42,128 nt of DNA from a virus (taxonomy: Duplodnaviria > Heunggongvirae > Uroviricota > Caudoviricetes). The DNA is taken from IMG/VR virus record IMGVR_UViG_2744054914_000003, one strand, 5' to 3'. The position numbers and the translations under genes are program-made. The notes under the pieces are model-generated. The model had not been told where the DNA came from. It did no database searches and worked only from the letters and a program-made list of their open reading frames with translations. This document shows positions 9,342 to 18,016 of this stretch, piece by piece. Position 1 is the first letter of the stretch. Each line of letters opens with the position of its first letter.

Positions 9342-10643
9342 TCAGATGAGGTCTGCGGTTAGCGTATCGTCGGATACGTCGTCGAAATCATTTACAGGGT
9401 TGATATTGAGTGCGGGGCGTGGGTCTGACTCGGGAACGATGGTGGGTTTACCATCAGCTCGTGTTATCAGTGCCTCGACTTTTGACCAACGGCGCGGACT
9501 GGCCTTTTTGATAAGTTTTTCGGCTTTTGTGGGGCTAATAAGTTTAAAGTCGAATACTTCTTCAGTTTTGTACCTGAACTGGTCCTTCAGAAGTGCGCGA
9601 GCTGCCTCTTCATCACTCCAGGCCCGGTTACCTTGTTTTCCTGTTACCAGTTTAAACCCCGGTACCGGATGTCCGGCATTGAGTTCATTGTGAACCCGGT
9701 CTCGTACTGCCTTTAGCCAGGATTCAATAAAGTCGGCCTGGCTATAGATCTCCGCAAGCTGCTCAATGGTTAACAGAGGTACACGTGCGCTGGCATTGGA
9801 GATTATTTCGCTGACAGGCTTTGTCAGATCTTCAAAATCGCTGGCCGCTGTTTGTAAATGCTGCATTTTCTGGGCAGTGCAAATAGCTTTTGCTTTACAG
9901 AAGCGGCACTGTTTTTCTCCAGGTATGAAGTTTTCCAGCGGTAGTGTCTCAATGCCTTCGCATTCAGCAATATTGAGAACAAGGATCGCACTGGTTGCGG
10001 CCTCCAGTGCCCGTTCACCGAAAGACTGAAGTTCCTGTACGGTTAACGACCATTCTGAAACGTGGTTGAGCCTTGGCTGGTGAATAAATAATCTTACAGT
10101 CTCAAAGTCATACAGCATGCTGAATTGTTCGAGCGCACCCAGAGCATACAGTTGTAGTTGCTCATTTTGTTCTGCATCAATGCGGACGCCTTTGCCATAT
10201 TTCAGGTCGTGGATTTGTAATTCGCTACCAGCAATGATTATGCCGTCGGCAGTTCCGAAAGATTCTTCCACACCCGTTATATGTGAGAAATCAACACGTT
10301 GTTCAACCAATAGTTCATTATTCTGTGCAAGAGTCCAGACCGTATCAACATACCGGCCAACGGCTTCGACCATTTCATCATCCACCTGTGGGCCAGATGT
10401 ATCATCAGGATTTTCGCGAAGGGGGTATGAGCCGAGAAACATAGAAACATTGCATCCGGCGTAGTGTTCCGGGTAGCTTTGCCTGTTTCGTAGAACTTTT
10501 TCAGCAAGCGCGTGCGCTGCAGTGCCCTCGATTGCAAAAGTTGTTTCTTTATCCGGTTGTGTGGCCTCCAGCGCCAGACTTCCTGGGCAGCGCATCCATC
10601 GATGCGCTGATGATGGAGAAAGTTGTGCATGAACGTCTGGCAT
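9342..10643 (-). CDS. DUF2800-like PD-(D/E)xK nuclease (Cas4-like)
   Basis: 433-aa ORF with N-terminal [15 protein letters not shown] motif and C-terminal cysteine cluster ([10 protein letters not shown]). Confidence 0.65.
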   Translation of the reverse strand: MPDVHAQLSPSSAHRWMRCPGSLALEATQPDKETTFAIEGTAAHALAEKVLRNRQSYPEHYAGCNVSMFLGSYPLRENPDDTSGPQVDDEMVEAVGRYVDTVWTLAQNNELLVEQRVDFSHITGVEESFGTADGIIIAGSELQIHDLKYGKGVRIDAEQNEQLQLYALGALEQFSMLYDFETVRLFIHQPRLNHVSEWSLTVQELQSFGERALEAATSAILVLNIAECEGIETLPLENFIPGEKQCRFCKAKAICTAQKMQHLQTAASDFEDLTKPVSEIISNASARVPLLTIEQLAEIYSQADFIESWLKAVRDRVHNELNAGHPVPGFKLVTGKQGNRAWSDEEAARALLKDQFRYKTEEVFDFKLISPTKAEKLIKKASPRRWSKVEALITRADGKPTIVPESDPRPALNINPVNDFDDVSDDTLTADLI

Positions 10644-10645
10644 GA

Positions 10646-11548
10646 TTAACCCTCCAGTGCTTTTTCAGCCAGGGTGATTACTTCAGCGAGATTTTCATCC
10701 GTTACTTCACCAAGTTTCCTGGCTCCCTGTTTTTCCAGAATTGCAATAGCTTCTGCCCGGTAACCCCCTTTTGCTAACTGGAGGATCAACCCTTCAGCTT
10801 GTTTGCGTAGTGCCGCGAAATCAATTGTATGGTCATCTTTGGCGTCATGATTCTGGCTGGAATTTGCTGCGTCTCTGCGTGCAAATTCTTCTTGCAGCTG
10901 AAGGTACTCAACACGGTTGATCTCGATATGGCCTTTTTTCAGCATCTCGTTCAACTTGCGTAAGGTGTGGAGTTCACTGGCTGCTGTGCCGGATACATTT
11001 TTGACGTAAAACGGCCCCGTGCGTTCTCCATCTTTGTTACTGGCCTTTTTCGGCTTAACTTCATCACGCCCATCCGCAGGTGCATCAAGTAGCTGCTCGG
11101 CAAAAACACGTCGCTCGCCGATGGTTGGCAGGTCGTCCCAGAACTTAAGGATGTTACGGGACAGGTCCAGGAGAGCAGGTTTAAGCAGCGCCCTGGCTCG
11201 TTTGACGCCCTGCAATGCGCTGTCGAGAGCATCAATCTGAACTACTCGTTTATCGCCTTCAGCATCACGGTAGGCAACAGCACGTTGCAGCATGTCTTCT
11301 GTGATAGGGGTGGCTACCGGGTAGAAACCAGCCAGTGCGATAACGTCGCTGAACTCCAGATCATCCAGTGTCATTGCCGCTGACATATTTTCAGTTTCAG
11401 TTGCTGTATCCCGACATTCCTGCACTCGTGAAATCGTGTCAGGATGCATAACAATGCCTGATGCCATTGTGCGGATAAGACGTTCAAGCAGCGCATTATG
11501 TTGTGCCAGAAGTTGATTATTAAGTTCGAGACTGGTTTCTAAACTCAT
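10646..11548 (-). CDS. Hypothetical early phage protein
   Basis: 300-aa ORF, same strand and contiguous with the replication module; no motif recognised. Confidence 0.45.
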   Translation of the reverse strand: MSLETSLELNNQLLAQHNALLERLIRTMASGIVMHPDTISRVQECRDTATETENMSAAMTLDDLEFSDVIALAGFYPVATPITEDMLQRAVAYRDAEGDKRVVQIDALDSALQGVKRARALLKPALLDLSRNILKFWDDLPTIGERRVFAEQLLDAPADGRDEVKPKKASNKDGERTGPFYVKNVSGTAASELHTLRKLNEMLKKGHIEINRVEYLQLQEEFARRDAANSSQNHDAKDDHTIDFAALRKQAEGLILQLAKGGYRAEAIAILEKQGARKLGEVTDENLAEVITLAEKALEG

Positions 11549-11727
11549 ACTGTGGTCCTCGCTACAAGGAGAATGAAAGTGATGATCAGACCGAGCGCAG
11601 TGGCAACGGCCAGACCGGTCATCAAATCGAAGTTTTTACGGCGATAACGGAGAACATCGCGCCCCGTCAGTCGATGGGGGTATTCAGGTTTCATCGGTTG
11701 TATTCCTTTTTTCATATCGGGGAGCAC
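11545..11727 (-). CDS. Small membrane protein (first gene of leftward early operon)
   Basis: 60-aa ORF with C-terminal hydrophobic helix (LAVATALGLIITFILLVA). Confidence 0.35.
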   Translation of the reverse strand: MLPDMKKGIQPMKPEYPHRLTGRDVLRYRRKNFDLMTGLAVATALGLIITFILLVARTTV

Positions 11728-11756
11728 GCTGTTGCGAGTGCGCTTTCAGACATAAA

Positions 11757-11790
11757 AAAGCCCGTCACTTGAGGCGGGCAAAGGCTACAC
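11757..11790 (-). terminator. Putative rho-independent terminator (minus strand)
   Basis: On the minus strand: GCCCG...CGGGC stem followed by TTTTTTAT. Confidence 0.4.
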
Positions 11791-11850
11791 ACAGCAATTA
11801 CTTGGATGTCAGCGAATGCCTGCTTTTAACCACGTCAGACGAGATGGCTC

Positions 11851-11901
11851 TCTCTGTACCCCTACAGCGAGAATTCGGCTAATATCTCTTTACCCCTATA
11901 G
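11851..11901. promoter_or_regulatory. Two 17-bp direct repeats (TCTCTKTACCCCTAYAG), putative operator or promoter element
   Basis: Copies at 11851-11867 and 11885-11901, two mismatches, immediately upstream of the 11919 start codon. Confidence 0.45.
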
Positions 11902-11918
11902 TTTTAGAGAGAATTAAG

Positions 11919-12443
11919 ATGTCTGAAGAAAAAGGACTTGTACGGCGTATAACTGAGGCGGCCACTAGTGCTGGTGGTGCTTTGAAAGGTGCTGTTGATT
12001 TAGCAAAAGAAGTTAATGCGTTGCAGGTGGATTACAATGTTAAAAGTAAAACTATCGATCTACTTGATAAACTAATTGATGCGCGTACTGGACAATTCGC
12101 ACTAACGGAGCTTTTGAACGAAGCTAAACAGCGCATTGTTGAACTCGAATCCCTTCTGGAAAAGAAACAGGATTGGGATAGTGAGAAAATGAACTATGAA
12201 ATGTACCACCCGATTACCAATACGGTGGTCTATGTACTGAAGCCTACTGACGATCCTGAGTTCAAGCCTCATTATCTTTGTACTACATGCTATGAGTCGG
12301 GTATGAAGTCTATACTTCAATACCATACTTCTAATGCCGCTTATAAAATTCTCAAGTGTCATAAATGCTCCGCTGAATATAAATTTCCCCGAAATATAGA
12401 AGTCAGTGGCAAAACTCCTGCACCGTTACAACCTGCCAGATGA
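11919..12443 (+). CDS. Hypothetical coiled-coil protein with C-terminal CxxC...CxxC zinc ribbon (immunity-region moron)
   Basis: 174-aa ORF, ATG at 11919; motif CTTCYESG...CHKCSAEY; about 40% GC; opposite strand to flanking early genes and cI. Confidence 0.55.
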   Translation: MSEEKGLVRRITEAATSAGGALKGAVDLAKEVNALQVDYNVKSKTIDLLDKLIDARTGQFALTELLNEAKQRIVELESLLEKKQDWDSEKMNYEMYHPITNTVVYVLKPTDDPEFKPHYLCTTCYESGMKSILQYHTSNAAYKILKCHKCSAEYKFPRNIEVSGKTPAPLQPAR

Positions 12444-12537
12444 TTAGCAGTTCTCTTTGGTGGTGGTGTAGTGGTAGATGCTGAACTTCGGATTGACTCA
12501 ATGGACTGATCTTCACCCCACCCCAAAAGGAACTAAG

Positions 12538-12558
12538 CGCCCCATCGTCGGGGCGTTT
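12538..12558 (+). terminator. Weak putative terminator downstream of the 11919-12443 gene
   Basis: CGCCCC-ATCGTC-GGGGCG hairpin followed by a short TTT run. Confidence 0.35.
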
Positions 12559-12809
12559 CAACTTGCGTGACTTATCAGTTTGTCGCGGTGTTGTCCTCTA
12601 CGCTTACCGTACGCATACGGACTCGGCGCTTACCTCGATCCCATCGGGTGCTATTTCGTTTTGCCAGGAGTACTGCGGCTTACCTGTCACGCGGTTCAGT
12701 TTGTTAAAGAGCCAGTATTAAAAAACGCATTAATTATGCGATATCGTATTTATATGCGTTATGGGATTTTGTGTCAATACGAAAATGAATTATTTTGCAA
12801 ATAAGAAAA

Positions 12810-12836
12810 CCGCCCTTGTGGAGAGCGGTTTGATCA
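12810..12836 (-). terminator. Putative rho-independent terminator of the repressor gene
   Basis: On the minus strand: AACCGC...GCGGTT stem followed by a U-rich run, directly after the cI stop at 12862. Confidence 0.45.
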
Positions 12837-12861
12837 GAAGTAAGTTATCAGACTGTAAAGG

Positions 12862-13536
12862 TTAGTACATACGTAGCGCGGATTTGGCGATCCCCGCCAC
12901 GTAATGGATTTTTTCAATGTTTTCGCGTGGTACTCTGACTGGTGGATGATCTTCATTTACAGACATTAGATGGAACAGGCCATCGCGTTCGAACAAGAAG
13001 GTTTTAACCATGACCTCACCTTCCCGGGTAACCACAAGTACTTCATCACCAGGAGTGTAGTCGTGGTTGGGTTCGACGATTACGAACTCCCCCTCTTTGA
13101 TTCTAGGCATCATTGAATCACCAACACATTTCAGGGCGTATGCATCTTCATCCTTTGTCGGCCAGTATATGAAACCATCACTGCTACCTACTGAATATTG
13201 GGTGTCGCTCCAAAGTCCTCCAACGCCTAGCTGAGTGTTTCCCAAAACAGGTACTTTATTAAACCTAAGAGAAATATACGTTTTTATACCTGTCGCGTCC
13301 TCTTTCTCCAGTTCTTGAAGGCTCCTTTCTGCCAAGTCTATTGGTGACACGTGGAAGTAGTCGGCGATCTGCTTTAACGTTGCGTATTTCGGATCTTTCA
13401 CCTCTCCTGATACCAGCCTGTGTAGCGTTGGTTGGTTCAGCTGTAACCGACGTGCCAGCTCAGTTATCGAGCTTATCTTGGCTTTGTCCATCAGGTACTT
13501 GATGTTTTGAGAAAGGATATCGGTAGTATCAATCAT
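12862..13536 (-). CDS. cI: CI-like phage repressor (HTH N-terminus, S24 LexA-like peptidase C-terminus)
   Basis: 224-aa ORF; HTH region (SITELARRLQLNQPTLHRLVSG); S24-type domain with Ser (GDSM) and Lys (VMVKTF) regions; divergent from a cro-like gene. Confidence 0.85.
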   Translation of the reverse strand: MIDTTDILSQNIKYLMDKAKISSITELARRLQLNQPTLHRLVSGEVKDPKYATLKQIADYFHVSPIDLAERSLQELEKEDATGIKTYISLRFNKVPVLGNTQLGVGGLWSDTQYSVGSSDGFIYWPTKDEDAYALKCVGDSMMPRIKEGEFVIVEPNHDYTPGDEVLVVTREGEVMVKTFLFERDGLFHLMSVNEDHPPVRVPRENIEKIHYVAGIAKSALRMY

Positions 13537-13677
13537 TTGGATTCATCCATGTTGTATACAGGGACGGTGATTATGCGTTATCGGATATTTTAATCTAGGA
13601 TGACATAGAATTGCTGTATTGCTGAGTAATCCGTTTTCGTATAAATTTGCGCTATAGACGAAAGTGGAGACTTAAAT
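13537..13677. promoter_or_regulatory. Divergent promoter/operator region between repressor and cro (PRM/PR-like)
   Basis: 141-bp AT-rich intergenic region between divergent HTH regulator genes, with short palindromes (TGTATACA; TTTCGT...ACGAAA). Confidence 0.5.
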
Positions 13678-13878
13678 ATGTCCGGACTAACACCACAAGA
13701 GATGGTCAAAAGCTTGATTGATTCAGGGTATACCCAAAACCAAATTGCCGAAATTGCAGGCGTGAAGCAGTCTTCTATTAGTCGGCTTCTTACCGGGGTT
13801 CATTCTGACCCTCGCTTTTCTACAGTACGTGCGATAGAAAAACTTTTTCAGGAAGTGACAGCTAGACAAAAGGTGTAA
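13678..13878 (+). CDS. cro: Cro-like HTH regulator
   Basis: 66-aa ORF with HTH (YTQNQIAEIAGVKQSSISRLL), first gene of rightward early operon. Confidence 0.7.
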   Translation: MSGLTPQEMVKSLIDSGYTQNQIAEIAGVKQSSISRLLTGVHSDPRFSTVRAIEKLFQEVTARQKV

Positions 13879-13881
13879 CCC

Positions 13882-16068
13882 ATGTCCGATAGCAAACCAT
13901 GGGGAGCTACGCCTGATGAGTGGTTTCATTTCGACCTGGTATTGGGGCGGACTGCTCATCTTCTCCCAGTTGTATGTAACCCCAGTGCGACCATATCCCC
14001 TGATAGTAAATTGAAAGCGTTGGGTAAGACGCCGAGTCGCTATAACCGGGACCGCCAGGTCACAGGTATTGCTCAATGGACCGGGCATGTTGTTACTGAG
14101 CATGATTTTGCCCGCTGGTCGAATGAACCGGATTATGGCATCTGCGTGCGTACAGGCCATGGCTGGCTGGCGCTGGACTGCGATAGCGAAGATGAAGACA
14201 TTCAGGCAGATATTCGCAAAACACTTGTGCAACTTCTGGGTGAGTCGCCGCCGCGACGCTGGCGAGCAAACAGTAATAAGTGTCTGTATCTGCTGGCCGT
14301 TGATGGTGATTTCCGTAAGCGTATCCATCGCCTGGCGGGGGATATGGGCATTATCGAGTTGCTGGCGAACGGGCAGCAGTTCGTTGCCTGTGGTACGCAC
14401 AGCAGCGGCGCGCGTATTGAATGGGACGGTGGTTTGCCGGATGAACCTCCGGCTATTACAGGTGAGCAGCTTGAAACGCTGTGGCAGCGCCTGGCTGAAC
14501 AACTCCCTGTGTCGGTAACCACCGAAGCGGGCAACACGAAGATGCGCGACCGTTCAGCATTCACGCCCGGCGCGACGGATGATACAGCTGAATATCTTGA
14601 TGCCAATGGCTGGACGCTGCTGGATGGCGCAAACGGTGAACGATATATCCGCTGTCCGTTTGAAGACGGCCACAGTAGCGGAGGCGATCCAACAAGCACA
14701 GTTTATTTTCCTGCGGGAACCGCAGGCTTTGAGCAGGGGCATTTTAAATGCCTGCATGCCAGTTGCGCGCATCGTGATGACGGAGATTTCCTGAATGCCA
14801 TCGGGATCCGCAACGACGATTTCGAAGATCTGACCAGCATCGAAGTGGCGGAACCTTTACCGCTGCCTGCTTTCGAGCGTGATAAATGGGGGCGTATCGA
14901 GGCAACCATCAGCAATGCAGCCAAAGCAGTAGTACGCTCTGATTTTGTGGACATCGATATTCGCTTTGACCAGTTCCGCGACGAAATCATGTTTGCCCCG
15001 GCAGGATCCGGACAATGGCGGGCATTCACCGATGCGGATTATGCGCGCCTGCGCATCACGATGGAAAAGCGGGGATTTAAACCTGTTGGCCGTGAACTTA
15101 TTCGCGATGTGGTGTTACTTGCAGCCGATGAACAACCATTCGATTCAGCGATCACCTGGCTGAACGGACTGGAGTGGGATGGCGTGCCGCGCATCGAATG
15201 TTTCTACCATACGCACTTCGGTACCGCCGACACGCCTTATACCCGTGCGGTGTCTATGTACATGTGGACCGCGTTGGCGGGGCGAGTACTGGAGCCAGGC
15301 ATCAAAGCGGATATGGTGCCGATCCTCGTTGGTCCGCAGGGCTGCGGTAAGTCTTCCGGAGTGGAGGCACTGAGCCCTGATCCTGCGTTTTTTACTGAAA
15401 TCTCTTTTGCCGAAAAAGACGATGATCTCGCTCGAAAAATGCGTGGTCGGCTGGTGGCAGAGATTGGTGAACTGCGCGGACTTAATACCAAAGAGCTGGA
15501 GTCAATCAAAGCGTTTGTGACGCGTACTCACGAAAACTGGATCCCGAAATACCGGGAGTTCGCCACCCAGTTTCCTCGTCGCCTGGTGTTCGTTGGTACC
15601 ACTAATGAGGACGAATTCCTTGCGGACAAGACTGGTAACCGTCGCTGGCTCCCCGTGGAAGTGTCGAAAGTCGACGTGAAAGCGATAAAAAGAGATCTCC
15701 TTTTACTTTGGGCTGAGGCTCGTGAGGTGTTTCAGCGTCTGGGGGGTATCCAGTTCCGTGAGGCTGAACAACTGGCAGCGAGTGTCCATGAACAGTACAC
15801 CATCAAGGATGCTTGGCTTGAAACGGTAGAGAAATGGCTCGACACGCCCGACCTGATGACTAATGAACTTCCGCGAAATTGCGAATTTTTACGCGCAAGT
15901 GATGTTTTGCGTGATGCGATTGGGCTAAATCCTGACCGCATCGGAAAACGCGAAGAAATGCGAATTAGTAATGTTTTGCAAAATTGCGGGTATAAGCGTG
16001 CCCAAAGGCGAATTGGGGGGAAAAAATGCAAGGTTTGGGAACCGCTGGAACCACGCGGAACCACCTAG
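13882..16068 (+). CDS. Replication initiator: Prim-Pol-type primase fused to P-loop NTPase (VirE/D5-like helicase)
   Basis: 728-aa ORF; Walker A (LVGPQGCGKSS) in C-terminal half; N-terminal half with acidic Prim-Pol-like motifs; iterons overlap its 3' end. Confidence 0.75.
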   Translation: MSDSKPWGATPDEWFHFDLVLGRTAHLLPVVCNPSATISPDSKLKALGKTPSRYNRDRQVTGIAQWTGHVVTEHDFARWSNEPDYGICVRTGHGWLALDCDSEDEDIQADIRKTLVQLLGESPPRRWRANSNKCLYLLAVDGDFRKRIHRLAGDMGIIELLANGQQFVACGTHSSGARIEWDGGLPDEPPAITGEQLETLWQRLAEQLPVSVTTEAGNTKMRDRSAFTPGATDDTAEYLDANGWTLLDGANGERYIRCPFEDGHSSGGDPTSTVYFPAGTAGFEQGHFKCLHASCAHRDDGDFLNAIGIRNDDFEDLTSIEVAEPLPLPAFERDKWGRIEATISNAAKAVVRSDFVDIDIRFDQFRDEIMFAPAGSGQWRAFTDADYARLRITMEKRGFKPVGRELIRDVVLLAADEQPFDSAITWLNGLEWDGVPRIECFYHTHFGTADTPYTRAVSMYMWTALAGRVLEPGIKADMVPILVGPQGCGKSSGVEALSPDPAFFTEISFAEKDDDLARKMRGRLVAEIGELRGLNTKELESIKAFVTRTHENWIPKYREFATQFPRRLVFVGTTNEDEFLADKTGNRRWLPVEVSKVDVKAIKRDLLLLWAEAREVFQRLGGIQFREAEQLAASVHEQYTIKDAWLETVEKWLDTPDLMTNELPRNCEFLRASDVLRDAIGLNPDRIGKREEMRISNVLQNCGYKRAQRRIGGKKCKVWEPLEPRGTT

Positions 16069-16227
16069 AAGAGAAGGTGGTTCCACCTTGCAGACCTTGT
16101 GGCAAGCGGGGCGGAACTACTGGAACCACTGGAACCGCCTTTCTACTAGAAACCCCATATATATATATAAGTCGATTGAGGGAAAGGTTAGGAAAAGGTG
16201 GTTCCAGGTGGGGGCAGGTGGTTCCAC
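16038..16227. repeat. Iteron-type replication origin: about 9 copies of GGAACC(A/G)C in both orientations around an (AT)n tract
   Basis: GGAACCAC/GTGGTTCC copies starting at 16047, 16057, 16077, 16123, 16198 and 16218, with variants at 16038, 16114 and 16132; ATATATATATATA at 16157-16170; overlaps and follows the 3' end of the initiator gene. Confidence 0.6.
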
Positions 16228-16356
16228 TCCGAATTAGCAACTTTTTGCATGTTGATACATGCAATATGCGGATCGGAACTGCGTTATCCACACCCACGGA
16301 TAAACAGACGTAGTTCTCAGAAAAATTTTTCGTAGCAAAACGTAGAGGTCAGAGCT

Positions 16357-16791
16357 ATGCGTAATATTCAACAGGTTTTAGAGCGCTGGGGTGGATGGGC
16401 TGCCGATAGCAACACCACAGTGAGCTGGGCTCCAATAGCGGCGGGATTTAAAGGGCTGGTAGTCAGCAGCTCGCCTGGCAGGCTGAGTTGCTGTGACGAC
16501 GATGGCCTGATTATCGATGCTTGCGTCTGTCGGCTGCAGCAGGTCCGTAAGCCTGAGGAACTGGACGTCATTATGCTGTACTACGTCTACGGGTTAAGCA
16601 AACGTGAGATAGGGCGGCGGCGTCGCTGTTCTGAAGGATTTATCCGCCAGCAGTTGCAGGTAGCAGAGGGATTCATTGAGGGGTGTCTCTGCATGCTGGG
16701 TGTGAGCCTTCAGATGGATCCTGAGGTCGAAATTCAAAGGGATGAAAAAAGTATTAGTGCGCTACGCAAAAACTGCGCTACGCTGGTATGA
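16357..16791 (+). CDS. Q-like late antiterminator
   Basis: 144-aa ORF; N-terminus (MRNIQQVLERWGGWAA...AGFKGL...CCDDD) resembles Q proteins of lambdoid E. coli prophages as I recall them; immediately upstream of the lysis cassette. Confidence 0.65.
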   Translation: MRNIQQVLERWGGWAADSNTTVSWAPIAAGFKGLVVSSSPGRLSCCDDDGLIIDACVCRLQQVRKPEELDVIMLYYVYGLSKREIGRRRRCSEGFIRQQLQVAEGFIEGCLCMLGVSLQMDPEVEIQRDEKSISALRKNCATLV

Positions 16792-17070
16792 GTTGAATTT
16801 CTGACCTCAACGAAGAGCTCCAAATCATTGGGGCTTTTTTAATGCTCTATTCTCAGTAAAAGTTAATAAAACAGGGTTTTCGTCGCGAAAAAACGCTATG
16901 CAGTTTTTGCCCTTTTTTATGCACCTCTTATTCACTCGAATTTCGTCATTCTGGACCACTTAAGTTGATTAAATAGGCCTTTCATCGCAAATCTATTGCG
17001 AGCGGTGATCGTGTGGTTCCTATAACATACATTATGTTAAATAACTTCCTTTTTTAACAAATTTAACAAG

Positions 17071-17093
17071 GTTCGCTATGGCGAACTTTTTTT
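17071..17093 (+). terminator. Rho-independent terminator, candidate tR' (late-operon terminator subject to Q antitermination)
   Basis: GTTCGC-TATG-GCGAAC perfect 6-bp stem followed by TTTTTTT, about 280 bp after Q and about 100 bp before the holin. Confidence 0.55.
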
Positions 17094-17194
17094 GTATTCA
17101 GGGCCCACCGAAGGACGGCTCATAACCCAATCCTACGGGCGTATACGCAGGGCCCGCCTTTCAACAACACCCCGTAATGGCGGAGGTGGGAAGT

Positions 17195-17536
17195 ATGAAA
17201 ATGCACAATGCTCCTCATTCCTGGCCTGACTTACTGGAACTCTTACAAAGTTGGTGGCGTGGAGATACGCCGTTGGGCGCAGTGGTTATGTCAATTGTTA
17301 TGGCTGGCTTGCGCATTGCCTATTTTGGCGGTGGCGGCGGCTGGAAACGAAAAACGCTTGAGATTTTGCTCTGTGGTGCTCTGACGCTGACCTTTGCATC
17401 CGCTCTTGAGTATGTTGGATGGCCTAAATCGCTTTCTGTTGCCATTGGTGGTGGTGTTGGGCTGATCGGTGTGGATGCTATTCGTGGGGCTGCAATGCGA
17501 GTAATCGGTAACAAGTTTGGTGGCTCTAAGGAGTAA
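17195..17536 (+). CDS. Holin (lambda S-like, dual-start MKM motif)
   Basis: GGAGGTGGG precedes ATG-AAA-ATG (MKM) like lambda S107/S105; hydrophobic helices; longest ORF begins at 17177. Confidence 0.7.
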   Translation: MKMHNAPHSWPDLLELLQSWWRGDTPLGAVVMSIVMAGLRIAYFGGGGGWKRKTLEILLCGALTLTFASALEYVGWPKSLSVAIGGGVGLIGVDAIRGAAMRVIGNKFGGSKE

Positions 17537-17539
17537 TTC

Positions 17540-18016
17540 ATGCAGACACTAAATTCCCAACGTAAAGCTTTCCTGGATATGGTGGCATGGTCAGAAGGAA
17601 CGGATAACGGGCGACAACCGACACGTAATCACGGTTATGACGTTATCGTCGGAGGTGAGTTGTTCACTGATTACTCCGATCACCCTCGCAAACTTGTCAC
17701 GCTAAACCCGAAGCTTAAATCAACAGCCGCAGGACGGTATCAGCTTCTTTCACGCTGGTGGGATGCCTACCGTAAGCAGCTTGGCCTGAAAGATTTTTCG
17801 CCAGAAAGTCAGGACGCTGTGGCGCTGCAGCAGATTAAAGAGCGTGGCGCTTTACCGATGATTGACCGTGGCGATATTCGTCAGGCAATCGACCGTTGCA
17901 GCAATATCTGGGCGTCGTTACCTGGTGCAGGTTACGGTCAGTATGAACATAAAATCGGTGACCTGATTTCCAGGTTTAAAGATGCTGGTGGGGTGGTAAA
18001 TGAAGCTGACTTATAA
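17540..18016 (+). CDS. R: Endolysin, lambda R-like lytic transglycosylase
   Basis: 158-aa protein near-identical over long stretches to lambda R as recalled (NSQRKAFLDMVAWSEGTDNGRQPTRNHGYDVIVGGELFTDYSDHPRKLVTLNPKLKST); AAGGAG ribosome-binding site. Confidence 0.9.
   Translation: MQTLNSQRKAFLDMVAWSEGTDNGRQPTRNHGYDVIVGGELFTDYSDHPRKLVTLNPKLKSTAAGRYQLLSRWWDAYRKQLGLKDFSPESQDAVALQQIKERGALPMIDRGDIRQAIDRCSNIWASLPGAGYGQYEHKIGDLISRFKDAGGVVNEADL

Noticed and set aside
9136-9693. 185-aa plus-strand ORF antisense to the DUF2815-like and DUF2800-like genes
   Set aside because: Antisense to two well-supported genes; Ser/Arg-rich low-complexity translation.
12580-12804. 74-aa plus-strand ORF between the zinc-ribbon gene and the repressor
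   Set aside because: Lies in a region holding two terminator hairpins and AT-rich promoter-like sequence; no ribosome-binding site; composition not protein-like.
14069-15509. Overlapping and antisense ORFs within the primase-helicase gene
   Set aside because: Same reasoning: contained within a 728-aa ORF with Walker A motif; low-complexity composition.
16038-16227. Short repeats considered as a possible CRISPR array
   Set aside because: Repeat unit is only 8 bp, occurs in both orientations with irregular spacing and an AT tract; this is an iteron origin pattern, not a repeat-spacer array.
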